64,000 bases of DNA from an uncultured Clostridia bacterium (GCA_947631765.1 CANRMP010000003.1:77508-141507), one strand, 5' to 3'. Counted from the first letter of the stretch, positions 1 to 9,125 are shown. The notes: generated by a model not told the origin, from the sequence alone. Made by a program: numbers and translations.

Positions 1-36
1 GGGTAAAAATTAAAAAATAAAAAAGGACAAAAAGTT

Positions 37-510
37 TTGGATAAAAAAGCACACAATATTGCGGCGCAAAGGTCTAAGCTGTTATACCGTGCCGTCTCTC
101 TTATTCTTGCAATAGTTACAATAGCGGTGTTCTGCTATGCCGACGTGCTGACGAGCCGCGCGCAAAGAGAGGCAAAGGAAAGAGAAAGGGAAATATTAAG
201 CGATATCAAAAAGGACGTTTGCGGCATTGCAAGCGCTCTTTTTGCCGCATATCAAACCTCAAGTGAGGAGGTTTTCAAGGATGCGGCCTGCCGTGCGCTT
301 GTCTTATGCGGAAGAATAGAAGGAAAAATTGAAAGCGCAAAGTGCGCAAGTGACGGGCGCTTTGAGGACTTTTCGGAATATGCCGCTTATGTTTCGGACA
401 GCATCTCAAAATTTCCGAAATATCCGGAAAATGACGTGAGAGAGTGCTGTATGAGACTGCGCTGCATGGCGCTTGAACTGATAAAAAGCGCTGCGCAAAG
501 CGAGAGTTAA
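37..510 (+). CDS. Hypothetical single-TM helical protein (weak resemblance to the YpeB N-terminal region)
   Basis: 157-aa ORF, TTG start after AAGGA, one N-terminal hydrophobic segment then a helical region. Confidence 0.5.
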   Translation: MDKKAHNIAAQRSKLLYRAVSLILAIVTIAVFCYADVLTSRAQREAKEREREILSDIKKDVCGIASALFAAYQTSSEEVFKDAACRALVLCGRIEGKIESAKCASDGRFEDFSEYAAYVSDSISKFPKYPENDVRECCMRLRCMALELIKSAAQSES

Positions 511-1158
511 TTACAAAAGTCGAAGCAGCTGCACGGCGCTCTCTATAACAAAATCCGCGCCGGTTTTTCTCAGCAGCTCTGCCGGTCGGTAGCCCCAACT
601 CACCCCGACGGTTTTCATGCCTGCGTTTTTTCCGGTCATTATATCAACGTCCGAATCGCCCACAAAAAGGCAGTGTTCGGGATCAAGTCTCATTATGCCC
701 GCGGCGTGCAGTGCGCCTTGGGGCGAGGGCTTTGGCTCAAAGGAGCCGCCTCCGATAACTATATCAAAAGGCCCCTCGGGAAAGCACTTGTGAATTACCG
801 CTTCTGCATGTTCTTGCGCTTTATTTGTAACCACGGACAAGCGTATTCCCCGCTCTTTTAGGGCAATTAAGGTTTCCCGCATCATCGGATAAGGGCTTGT
901 GCTGTCATTGTAGCACTCGGCGTAGCGTTTTGCATAGTATTTTTGGCACTCATCGACAATATCCGCGCGGCGTGACTCCTCCTCGGGCAGTGATCTTTTG
1001 ACAAATTCCCGCTGTCCGTAGCATATGGCGTTCTTTATCTGTTCTCTGTCCCTTGTTTCATAGCCAAAATGAGTGAGCATCATGTTCATTGCCTTTTGCA
1101 GGTCGGCAATAGTATCCGCCAGCGTTCCGTCAAGATCAAATATCATTCCGTAAATCAT
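511..1158 (-). CDS. HAD-family hydrolase (phosphoglycolate phosphatase-like)
   Basis: Motifs IFDLDGTL, VVTNK, KPSP, VGDSDVD; GGAG RBS before ATG 1158. Confidence 0.9.
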   Translation of the reverse strand: MIYGMIFDLDGTLADTIADLQKAMNMMLTHFGYETRDREQIKNAICYGQREFVKRSLPEEESRRADIVDECQKYYAKRYAECYNDSTSPYPMMRETLIALKERGIRLSVVTNKAQEHAEAVIHKCFPEGPFDIVIGGGSFEPKPSPQGALHAAGIMRLDPEHCLFVGDSDVDIMTGKNAGMKTVGVSWGYRPAELLRKTGADFVIESAVQLLRLL

Positions 1159-1326
1159 TTCGGTATCTCCGTCTAATTTATTTTGCACATTATGTAAGCT
1201 TCAAGCCGCATATAGCACATATATATTATCATTTCTTGCCGTCGATTTCAACCGTTTTATGAATTTTATTGATTTTGTTAATAATTATAGCCTCTGTTTG
1301 TTCTTATATATTTTACTTTATTGCTG

Positions 1327-1355
1327 TTGCAAAAGCAAAAACGATGTGATATAAT
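1327..1355 (+). promoter_or_regulatory. Sigma-A promoter
   Basis: TTGCAA-17 bp-TATAAT with TG extension. Confidence 0.7.
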
Positions 1356-1440
1356 TACTTAACGTGTATTTCCGTGTATGCCGAATCGCAATTTTTTTCG
1401 GATAATACACGCTCTTAAAACCAAGGAGTCTCAAAAAAAC

Positions 1441-2265
1441 ATGAAAAAGATTCTGCTTGCTCTGCTTTTATTTGCATTTATAATATCTGCAATACCCGCC
1501 TGCGCCCCGTCAGACAACGGCGATAATTCTATAACAACCACAGGCAGTACCGACAATACAACCCTCACAAGCAGTGATACGCCCACTCCTCCGGACACCC
1601 ACCATCCATTTGTTGACGGAGGCGTCAGCAGCGTTTTCAGAAATTACAGCGTTACTGAGGGTAATATCACGGCGCTTGACGTAAATCTCTGTCTGCCCGT
1701 TGCCGAAATTTCCGACAATGACGAGATAAAAAACAAGCTTACCGAAAGGCTTGATGAAATAATCGCCGATATCACAGAATATATAAGCCGAACCGAGGAA
1801 ATGTACGTGGAAAGCATCAAAAACGGAAGCATTCCCCTCTTCACGCCGAGCATTTCCGTGTCGTTTGTTCTCAACGATTTCACCGAAAAAGCGGTCAGTC
1901 TCACCTTTAATATTGCCGAAACAAACGCGTACGGCGTGACAAGCCGTCAAAGCAGGCACTACAATTACGACCTTGACATTGCCTCCCCCATAACCTACAG
2001 CGCGTTTTTTGACGACACGGGGGCGGTAACAAGACTTATTTGCCAAGAATGTGCCAAGAAGGACGGACTCTTTGCAAATTACGAGGCGCTTATCAGCTCC
2101 TTTGCCGAAAGCCGCTGGTATATGGACAACCAAAACATCGTGTTCAGCTTTAATCCCTACGATATCGCGCCGGCTTCATACGGCTATGTAACCTTAACTT
2201 TTACCGCAGAAGAGCTGCTGCCGTACATGAGCGCGTACGGAAGAGACCTTTTGGGAGTCGGCTGA
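1441..2265 (+). CDS. DUF3298/RsiV-like lipoprotein
   Basis: Signal peptide with lipobox (IPAC), Thr/Ser linker, C-terminal FNPYDIAPASYG motif; AAGGAG RBS. Confidence 0.75.
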   Translation: MKKILLALLLFAFIISAIPACAPSDNGDNSITTTGSTDNTTLTSSDTPTPPDTHHPFVDGGVSSVFRNYSVTEGNITALDVNLCLPVAEISDNDEIKNKLTERLDEIIADITEYISRTEEMYVESIKNGSIPLFTPSISVSFVLNDFTEKAVSLTFNIAETNAYGVTSRQSRHYNYDLDIASPITYSAFFDDTGAVTRLICQECAKKDGLFANYEALISSFAESRWYMDNQNIVFSFNPYDIAPASYGYVTLTFTAEELLPYMSAYGRDLLGVG

Positions 2266-2277
2266 GATATTAATGAT

Positions 2278-2508
2278 ATGAACATTATAAAGCTTTGCGA
2301 AAATGATATAATAACGCTCAGGAAAAACCATCCGTGTGAAAAAAAAGCGTATGATTTCAAGGTTCTCATGGTAGGCTCGGACATAAAAATTCAGTGCGTG
2401 AAGTGCCTTCGCACGGTTATTGTCCCGAGAATCAAGCTTGAAAAAAACATAAGGCTTATTAACTCCGAGCCGCCGCACAAGAGCGCTTTTGGAACGGACG
2501 GTAAGTAA
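2278..2508 (+). CDS. DUF951 (YyzM-like) protein
   Basis: DIITLRKNHPC...GSDIKIQCVKC...PRIKLEK pattern. Confidence 0.8.
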   Translation: MNIIKLCENDIITLRKNHPCEKKAYDFKVLMVGSDIKIQCVKCLRTVIVPRIKLEKNIRLINSEPPHKSAFGTDGK

Positions 2509-2534
2509 CAATATTGAAATGAAAGGAACCCAAC

Positions 2535-5465
2535 ATGGAAGAAAGCTCTAAAAGCACGCCGCTTATTGATAAAATTAAAAATCTGTATTCACGTTTTTCG
2601 GAATTTTCAAATAAGTATTCCTATATAGGATGCGCCTTCATTATTCCGATAATCGTTTTTTGGACGGTTTACATCTGCTTTGAGGTTTATCCCTTCGGAA
2701 ACAACAGCGTACTTGTCCTTGACCTTAACGGTCAGTACGTCTACTTTTTTGAGGCGCTTCGCAACGCAATGCACGGCGACACCAGCCTTATTTATTCATG
2801 GTCAAGGTCTCTCGGAGGCGAGTTTATAGGTATTTACGCTTATTATATCGCAAGTCCTCTCTCATTTCTCGTTTACTTCTTTTCCGAAAACCACATAACC
2901 GAAGCGCTTCTGACAATTATACTTCTTAAAACCGGTATAAGCGGCGCCACCATGGCGTTCTATCTCAAAAAGACAAGACCGATTACAAAGGATTTGGGAG
3001 TTGTCATCTTCTCGACAATGTACGCTCTTTCCGCATACGCCGTGACTTACGCTCACAACACAATGTGGATTGACGCCATGATGCTTCTGCCTCTGCTTTT
3101 CTACGGGCTGGAAAAGCTTATAACCGAGCATAAATTCAAGCTCTTTACCGTGACTCTTACCCTGATACTTATCTCAACGTTTTATATCGGGTATATGGTC
3201 TGCTTCTTCGTCTTTATCTATTTCTTCTATTATTATTTTGTCTCGGGCGCAAACTACGGGAACAATTACTACGGCGAAAAGCTACATTTTGTCAAGTCCC
3301 TTGTGCGCGTGGGGCTTTCGTCTGCGGCGTCCATTCTTATGGCGTGCTTCATTATTTTCCCGACCTACTATTCCCTAACCTTCGGCAAGACGACCTTCAC
3401 AAAAACGGTTTGGAAATTTGCATCTCAATTTGACCTTATCGATTTCTTTGCAAAAATGCTGCCCGGTTCATACGACACCGTGCGCCCCGAGGGTCTGCCC
3501 TTTGTGTACTGCGGAGTGCTCGCCCTTATCATGCTCCCCGTGTTTTTTGCCTCAAGAAAAATTCACCCGCGCGAAAAAATCGGCGCCGCCGCAATACTTA
3601 CTGTCACTCTGTTTTGCATGAACTTTATGGTGGTGGATACCTTCCTTCACGGTATGCAGCGCCCCAACTGGCTCAACTATCGCTACAGCTTCGTGTTTAT
3701 TTTCTTGGTGGTCGTCTTCGCCTGCCGCGCTTTTGAGCAAATACAAACCGTGAAGCCGGCATTTTTGTGCTGTGTCGGCGCGGTTATTATCGCCCTTATT
3801 CTTGTGGTGCAAAAGGTGGGCTTCAGTCATCTTGACAGCATTAAGGAAAATATAGATTTCAGCGTTCTTGACGATTACTTCTGCATATGGTTCGCAATCA
3901 TCTGCGTTATCGCCTATCTGATATCGCTGAGATACGTCATAGCCTCAAACGGTAAAAATATTACGCTCAGTGTTCTTTCAATCCTTGTCTGTCTCGAGCT
4001 TTTCGGCTCTTCGGTCGTCACCTCCGTAAATCTCGACAAGGACGTGGGAATGTCCTCAAGGCAGGGATATGTGGATTATTTCAACAGAGTGCGCAATATT
4101 GTAAGCTCTGTTCAGGAATCGGACAAGTCGTTCTACCGCATGGAAAAAACCATAGCTCGAACCGTTTGCGACGATTTTGCGCTGAATATCAAGGGACTTT
4201 CAAGCTCCACCTCCACTCTCAACGCCTCGGTTATCGAATTTCTCAACAACATGGGCTACGCCTCCTCCTCTCACTGGTCAAGGTATGCGGGCGGAACAAT
4301 GGTGTCCGACTCCCTTCTCGGACTTAAATATATTATAAGTGAGAGCAATACGGGAAGCGACCTTCTCTCACCGTACATGTCCGATGAGCCTAACAATCTT
4401 TACGCATATCTTAACGAGTACGCTCTTTCTATGGCGTTCAGCTCAAGTCCCGATATTCGTTCATTTGATTTGACCCAGACCGCCGAAGACCCCACAAAAT
4501 ACGCTTCCCCGTTCGAGGTTATGAATGACCTTGTCACCGCTCTCACCGGCAGTGAAGAAAAAATCGAGCTTTTCAAGCCTATCGAATATACCCTGAACCT
4601 TGACAACGCTTTTGTCTCCTACAACGGCAGAGTCAATGAAACAATAACCGATCCCGACGGCACCGAGCACAAAATTCAGGTCGGCTATCTCTTCTATGAG
4701 CCTCAAAGAACCTCGTCCCCCGGTAAAATGACCTACAGCTTCAGTATCGATCCGAGTCTCGAAAACGCCGACGTTTATTTCTTCTTCTGCTCCAACTATC
4801 CGCGTGAGGTCTCGTGGACTCTTAGCGGTACGGAAGAGAACCTTCAAGGCACCTTTTTCGGAAATGAATCCGACTGCATCCAGTCCCTCGGCGTTCTTGA
4901 AAAGGATACTCAATACCGCCTCAGCGTGACCATGAATGAAAAGGATAATATATTCTATATCATTAAGGACGCTCCGATATTCTATTACCTTGACCACGAA
5001 GTGTTTAAAGACGTCTTTACCTCACTTGCCGAAGGAAATTGGCATATAGACGATAACTATAGCGATACCCACCTTACAGGTACAGTCAACGTCCCCGCCG
5101 GCGATTCAGTCATGTTCACCTCCATTCCCTACGATGAAGGCTGGAACGTGTATGTCGACGGCGAAAAGGTCGAAATAATCAAACTCGCAAATTCCCTTCT
5201 CGGCTTCGATATAACCGAAGGCGAACATACCATCGAAATGCGCTACTTCTCAAAAGCAATGCTGTACGGAATAATCTGTACCTCAGTAGGCGTGCTGATG
5301 TTTGCCGTTTTGATTATAATCGACCACTTCGTCTTCGCTCCGAAAAGAAAAGGTAAACACGAAGAATGGCTCGTAAGAGTCGAAGAACTTAAAAGCGAAC
5401 AACTTATGCGCGAGAAAATGGAACAAGAACGCTCCTCACTCGAGGATGTCGAAATACCCAAATAG
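2535..5465 (+). CDS. YfhO-family GT-C membrane glycosyltransferase
   Basis: PFG..SVLVLDL.GQY, NTMWID, YRYSF, SIPYDEGW motifs; multi-TM, 976 aa. Confidence 0.9.
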   Translation: MEESSKSTPLIDKIKNLYSRFSEFSNKYSYIGCAFIIPIIVFWTVYICFEVYPFGNNSVLVLDLNGQYVYFFEALRNAMHGDTSLIYSWSRSLGGEFIGIYAYYIASPLSFLVYFFSENHITEALLTIILLKTGISGATMAFYLKKTRPITKDLGVVIFSTMYALSAYAVTYAHNTMWIDAMMLLPLLFYGLEKLITEHKFKLFTVTLTLILISTFYIGYMVCFFVFIYFFYYYFVSGANYGNNYYGEKLHFVKSLVRVGLSSAASILMACFIIFPTYYSLTFGKTTFTKTVWKFASQFDLIDFFAKMLPGSYDTVRPEGLPFVYCGVLALIMLPVFFASRKIHPREKIGAAAILTVTLFCMNFMVVDTFLHGMQRPNWLNYRYSFVFIFLVVVFACRAFEQIQTVKPAFLCCVGAVIIALILVVQKVGFSHLDSIKENIDFSVLDDYFCIWFAIICVIAYLISLRYVIASNGKNITLSVLSILVCLELFGSSVVTSVNLDKDVGMSSRQGYVDYFNRVRNIVSSVQESDKSFYRMEKTIARTVCDDFALNIKGLSSSTSTLNASVIEFLNNMGYASSSHWSRYAGGTMVSDSLLGLKYIISESNTGSDLLSPYMSDEPNNLYAYLNEYALSMAFSSSPDIRSFDLTQTAEDPTKYASPFEVMNDLVTALTGSEEKIELFKPIEYTLNLDNAFVSYNGRVNETITDPDGTEHKIQVGYLFYEPQRTSSPGKMTYSFSIDPSLENADVYFFFCSNYPREVSWTLSGTEENLQGTFFGNESDCIQSLGVLEKDTQYRLSVTMNEKDNIFYIIKDAPIFYYLDHEVFKDVFTSLAEGNWHIDDNYSDTHLTGTVNVPAGDSVMFTSIPYDEGWNVYVDGEKVEIIKLANSLLGFDITEGEHTIEMRYFSKAMLYGIICTSVGVLMFAVLIIIDHFVFAPKRKGKHEEWLVRVEELKSEQLMREKMEQERSSLEDVEIPK

Positions 5466-5500
5466 ACCCTCCGACAGCGTGTGAGGTGTGCGCCGGTCGT

Positions 5501-5596
5501 GCGAAATATTGACAAAAAGAAAGTTTCGCGCTCTGCGAAGCGCGACCAAGGTTCCACCTTGGATGGGGCTGGCTTTTGAAAAGCCAGAGAAACATA
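5501..5596 (+). repeat. Left arm of 96-bp inverted repeat (REP/MITE-like, three internal hairpins)
   Basis: Reverse complement of 6167-6262 with about 12 mismatches by manual alignment. Confidence 0.9.
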
Positions 5597-5622
5597 CGGA
5601 CGCTCGCATGGTGCGCACTCGC

Positions 5623-5750
5623 GCTTTGCGCCGGCTGTTTCGCTGCGCTCGACAGCCTCGGTCAGTCTGAATACGCGCCGCTTCAAGTAAACTTGAGCGG
5701 CGCGTATTCATCCCGACCTGCAAACCTTCGGTTTGCTCACGGCGCAAAGC
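5623..5750. other. Multi-branched stem-loop element A
   Basis: Closing stem GCTTTGCGCCG/CGGCGCAAAGC enclosing three hairpins. Confidence 0.7.
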
Positions 5751-5930
5751 TTAAATTGAGGAGAATATGTTGAGCTTTCGTAAGTTACGGATATATGTAA
5801 TGAAAAGTGCAGCTATTAAATAAATATTGCAAATTTGAAAGGCAGTCATATCTTTCGTACTTTGCACTTAATGTGTAAAAGAAATGATATGACTGTCTTG
5901 CTTTATTAAGTTTAAATATTAACTGCATTT

Positions 5931-6136
5931 AAGCCGCTTCCTTCTCATTGACCCGCTTTTTCCCTAACCGCCACACTCCCGTTGCTCATAGACGGTTGCG
6001 GGTCGGCTCGTTAGTGCTTACTCAAAGATACCGTACTCTTTGTTTCTTCGCACCTTGTCTCGTTAACGACTGCGGGAACGGCTAATTAATGCTGACTTTT
6101 CATTGCCGTTCTTTTCGCTTTACCCGACTGCGGCTT
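5931..6136 (-). ncRNA. Candidate structured RNA or repeat element C (unknown family)
   Basis: Nested stems AAGCCGC/GCGGCTT, GAACGGC/GCCGTTC, TCGTTA/TAACGA, CAAAGA/TCTTTG, GACCCGC/GCGGGTC; purine-rich loops on the minus strand. Confidence 0.4.
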
Positions 6137-6166
6137 GCCTCTATCTTCCCCCCACACGAGCATCGA

Positions 6167-6262
6167 TATGTTTCCTCGGCTTTTCAAAAGCCGACCCCAT
6201 CCAAGGTGGAACCTTGGTAGCGCTCCGCAGAGCGCGAAATTATCTTTTTTTCAACATTCCGC
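6167..6262 (-). repeat. Right arm of 96-bp inverted repeat
   Basis: Inverted copy of 5501-5596. Confidence 0.9.
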
Positions 6263-6277
6263 TTCGCAGAGCATAAA

Positions 6278-6310
6278 GCACCCATTTCGCCATTTCGGCG
6301 AAATGGGTGC
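6278..6310 (-). terminator. Intrinsic terminator of the LtaS-like gene
   Basis: Perfect 14-bp stem GCACCCATTTCGCC/GGCGAAATGGGTGC just past the stop codon. Confidence 0.7.
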
Positions 6311-6328
6311 AAAGTGACCGACTGACGG

Positions 6329-8440
6329 TCATTCGGAGAAGGGGTTATTCAGCCCGTTCTTTTTTTGTGAGCTGCTATAGTAGTTAAGGGCGTAATACTC
6401 GTTGAGGCGGTTTTTACCGTCCCGGAGCATGTTATATTCAGTCCAATAATAGAGCATAACGATTGGCATTTGGCGTCCGGCGTCCTCGTCAGGCGTCGGC
6501 GATTCGGACGAAGAATCTATTTTATTAAAAGATTCGATTGTATCGATGCTATGGAAGTTCATATCGTTATCCCACCAGCCGAATGCATTGATAATAGGCG
6601 CTTCTTTTTCAACCTGGCGCACGAGGGAGAGGTAAGCGGTTTTATTAAGGCCTATAATATCAAGAAGTCTGGGAGAGAGGTAATTAAGGCTTGTGAAGCT
6701 GCCCTCGGTATCATTTTTGCCGAACGAGGTATTAGTCCACATCATATAGGGAATAACGTATTTTGTCATATTTTCTTCGGTACTCGAATCGCCGTCAAGT
6801 CCGAAATAGGTGCTATAGACGTTGTCATTGAGCGAGGGCTGATGATCGCCGTAGAAAACGATTATAGTTTCCTCATCGGCATTACTGAAATAATCGAAAA
6901 GGGTTTTGAGGTCGTCATCGGATTTTTTAATTGACGAAAGGTACTCATTGAGCTTGCTGTTATTATTGTCGGTAGCTTTTACAGTGTAATCGAAATCGCT
7001 TGTATTATATCCGCCGTGATTTTGCATTGTCACAGCGAAGATGAAGCAGGGGCTTTCCTCGCTCTTATTCTCATAAAGGCTTATAATTTTCTCGTAGACG
7101 GTTTTATCCGAAACATGACCGCGGAACATTTGCTCTTCGGTAAGCTCCTTGTCATCCACGAAGGTATTGTTGTCTCTGAGAAAATACTGCTCGTCAAAGC
7201 CGAAATAGCTGTAGATTTTTTCTCTGCTCCAGTTGGTTTTATCCTCGGGGTGCATTCCGACGGTATAGTAACCGTACTTATTAAAGATATCGACTATTGA
7301 AAATGCGTTGTCCTTACTAAGCAGATTGTTATACGGAACCATGGTGCTTTGAATAAACGCCATTGAGTTGCCGGTCAGGAACTCAAACTCGGAGTTTGCG
7401 GTATTTCCGCCGAATATTGAAGCGTAGGCATAGCCTTTTATTACGTTGTCATCCCCGTCGTTAAAGGAGTTGAAATATTCAAGCGGGTCGATATTTGTAG
7501 GTATGCCGTCATGTCCCGAAAGGAGGCTCGCGTAGTTCAGGTCGGAGAAGGTTTCGTTCATAACCACAATGACGTTAGGAAGATCCTTATTTTCTATTTC
7601 CTGCTCTGCGGCGGCGTTTTCGCCGAGCACGTCTTCAAGTCCGGAAATCAGCGTATCGACAGTATAGCCGTCGGGCATACGTATAGGGGTTGCGGTAATG
7701 CTTTTCAGAAGTCCCAAGAAAAAGCCGTTATATTCCGAGGTTCTGTATTTCCAGTATTGCACATGATAGCTTATAAGCGTCGAGCCGAAGGACGTCGAGA
7801 CAAGAATCATTACAATTGCCATTGACAGGGCTCCGCATACGGTGCCGGTGGTTCTCGGAAGCATACCTTCAAATTTCGGAAATTTGTTGAATATAAGAGC
7901 AAGGAGCACAGGCAGTGCGGCAAAGAGCGCGCCCGCGCAGTAATTACTTACCGTGAAGGTATATCCTCCGGCAACGCTCATTGCGGTTGAAATCGATTTA
8001 ATATCCGAAAACTGTATTTCATAGCTTCTTGTCTGAACCACGAAGTGGTCTGTCACGGCAAGCAGAATAGAGAATACAAAGACCGAAATGAAGGCAGCCT
8101 TTATGCTTTTTGATATAGCGGCGATAATAACGATAAGACCGTAAACTATAAGTACATTCAATATAAATTTAAGAACCGTGATTCTTGCCAGATGCGCGCC
8201 GACGGCAAACTGAACGATGCAGAAGGTGAGGATTGAAAATCCCAGTATCATAAGCTGCTTTGCCCACCATGGCATATCGGGAACGCGGAATCTGAAAAAC
8301 AGGGCGCAAAAGAGCAAAACTGCCGAAATAACCGACATTATCAGACCGATACCCGAAACAAAGGCAAGAATTGCATATAAAATTGCGGAAAAGGCGGTAA
8401 TGAAAATCGGCCTTGCGCTTTCAATATGATTTAATTTCAT
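6329..8440 (-). CDS. LTA synthase family (LtaS-like) membrane sulfatase/phosphoglycerol transferase
   Basis: N-terminal TMs; PNVIVVMNETF, GGNTANSEFEFLTG, TMQNHG, YGDHQP motifs. Confidence 0.9.
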   Translation of the reverse strand: MKLNHIESARPIFITAFSAILYAILAFVSGIGLIMSVISAVLLFCALFFRFRVPDMPWWAKQLMILGFSILTFCIVQFAVGAHLARITVLKFILNVLIVYGLIVIIAAISKSIKAAFISVFVFSILLAVTDHFVVQTRSYEIQFSDIKSISTAMSVAGGYTFTVSNYCAGALFAALPVLLALIFNKFPKFEGMLPRTTGTVCGALSMAIVMILVSTSFGSTLISYHVQYWKYRTSEYNGFFLGLLKSITATPIRMPDGYTVDTLISGLEDVLGENAAAEQEIENKDLPNVIVVMNETFSDLNYASLLSGHDGIPTNIDPLEYFNSFNDGDDNVIKGYAYASIFGGNTANSEFEFLTGNSMAFIQSTMVPYNNLLSKDNAFSIVDIFNKYGYYTVGMHPEDKTNWSREKIYSYFGFDEQYFLRDNNTFVDDKELTEEQMFRGHVSDKTVYEKIISLYENKSEESPCFIFAVTMQNHGGYNTSDFDYTVKATDNNNSKLNEYLSSIKKSDDDLKTLFDYFSNADEETIIVFYGDHQPSLNDNVYSTYFGLDGDSSTEENMTKYVIPYMMWTNTSFGKNDTEGSFTSLNYLSPRLLDIIGLNKTAYLSLVRQVEKEAPIINAFGWWDNDMNFHSIDTIESFNKIDSSSESPTPDEDAGRQMPIVMLYYWTEYNMLRDGKNRLNEYYALNYYSSSQKKNGLNNPFSE

Positions 8441-8590
8441 AAAAAATTCTCCCAAATTTATCCGCAAAGAGTAATTCTCAGCGAAAGAGCTCAAGCTTTA
8501 ACTGCTTTAAACTGCTATAAACTAAAATATAAACATAAAACCGTATCGGCAAAGACGACCTTACAGTTTAGTGTTTGCAAAACAAGTGAT

Positions 8591-8619
8591 ATTATATCAC
8601 TTAAAAATCCGAATGTCAA
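8591..8619 (-). promoter_or_regulatory. Sigma-A promoter of the LtaS-like gene
   Basis: TTGACA-17-TATAAT with TG on the minus strand. Confidence 0.8.
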
Positions 8620-8757
8620 CCGATATTGACAACTTTTTATATACCATAAATTCTTCAATATTCTAATAACTTTTTTTAAATTAACTATGAATTTCTTTGA
8701 AACGGATTGAAAAAATCTTCATATCAAATATGTTAAATAAAAATTCGGCTTTTTCTA

Positions 8758-8786
8758 TTGACAAACAGTTTCTTTTGTGCTAATAT
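8758..8786 (+). promoter_or_regulatory. Sigma-A promoter of the valS leader
   Basis: TTGACA-17-TAATAT with TG extension. Confidence 0.7.
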
Positions 8787-8814
8787 TAATCAAAACCAAA
8801 TCAAAACATACAAT

Positions 8815-9125
8815 TTCATCGGCTTTGATGGGAAGTAGTAATTTGCAGCTTTCATTTCAGAGAGCCGCCGTTTGGTGCAAGGCGGCATGTAAAGTCAAGT
8901 GAAGTCGTCCCGGAGCTTGAATACCGAGCGGCGCTTTTTCGCAAGGTAGGTATTCACGCTGCCCGCGTTAAGGGATTCCTTTCGGCTTTTCTTTTTATTT
9001 ATTTTAATAGTTAATAGTTGTAAAAAGTAAAAGCGCAAAAGGTCAGAGTGTGCACTTTTTGTGCAAATTCAGGTGGTACCGCGCTCCGGCGTCCTGTTTT
9101 CGGGACGCCGGATATTTATTTTTTT
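8815..9125 (+). promoter_or_regulatory. T-box riboswitch (Val)
   Basis: AGTA, AGAGA and GGTGCAA stem-I motifs; probable specifier GTC at 8904-8906; T-box AATTCAGGTGGTACCGCG 9066-9083; terminator stem 9085-9112 plus T-rich tract. Confidence 0.92.

Noticed and set aside
5501-6262. Possible CRISPR array or autonomous IS element
   Set aside because: No direct repeat-spacer periodicity, no cas gene, no transposase ORF
5243-6317. Short ORFs in the structured island (5243-5686, 5404-5595, 5436-5747, 5488-5670, 5576-5773, 6135-6317); two share PHPRWNLG
   Set aside because: The shared peptide is just translation of the inverted repeat; no RBS or family motifs
9085-9112. valS T-box terminator shares CGGCGTCC/GGACGCCG with the metK leader hairpin
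   Set aside because: Only 8 bp in GC-rich stems; chance cannot be excluded
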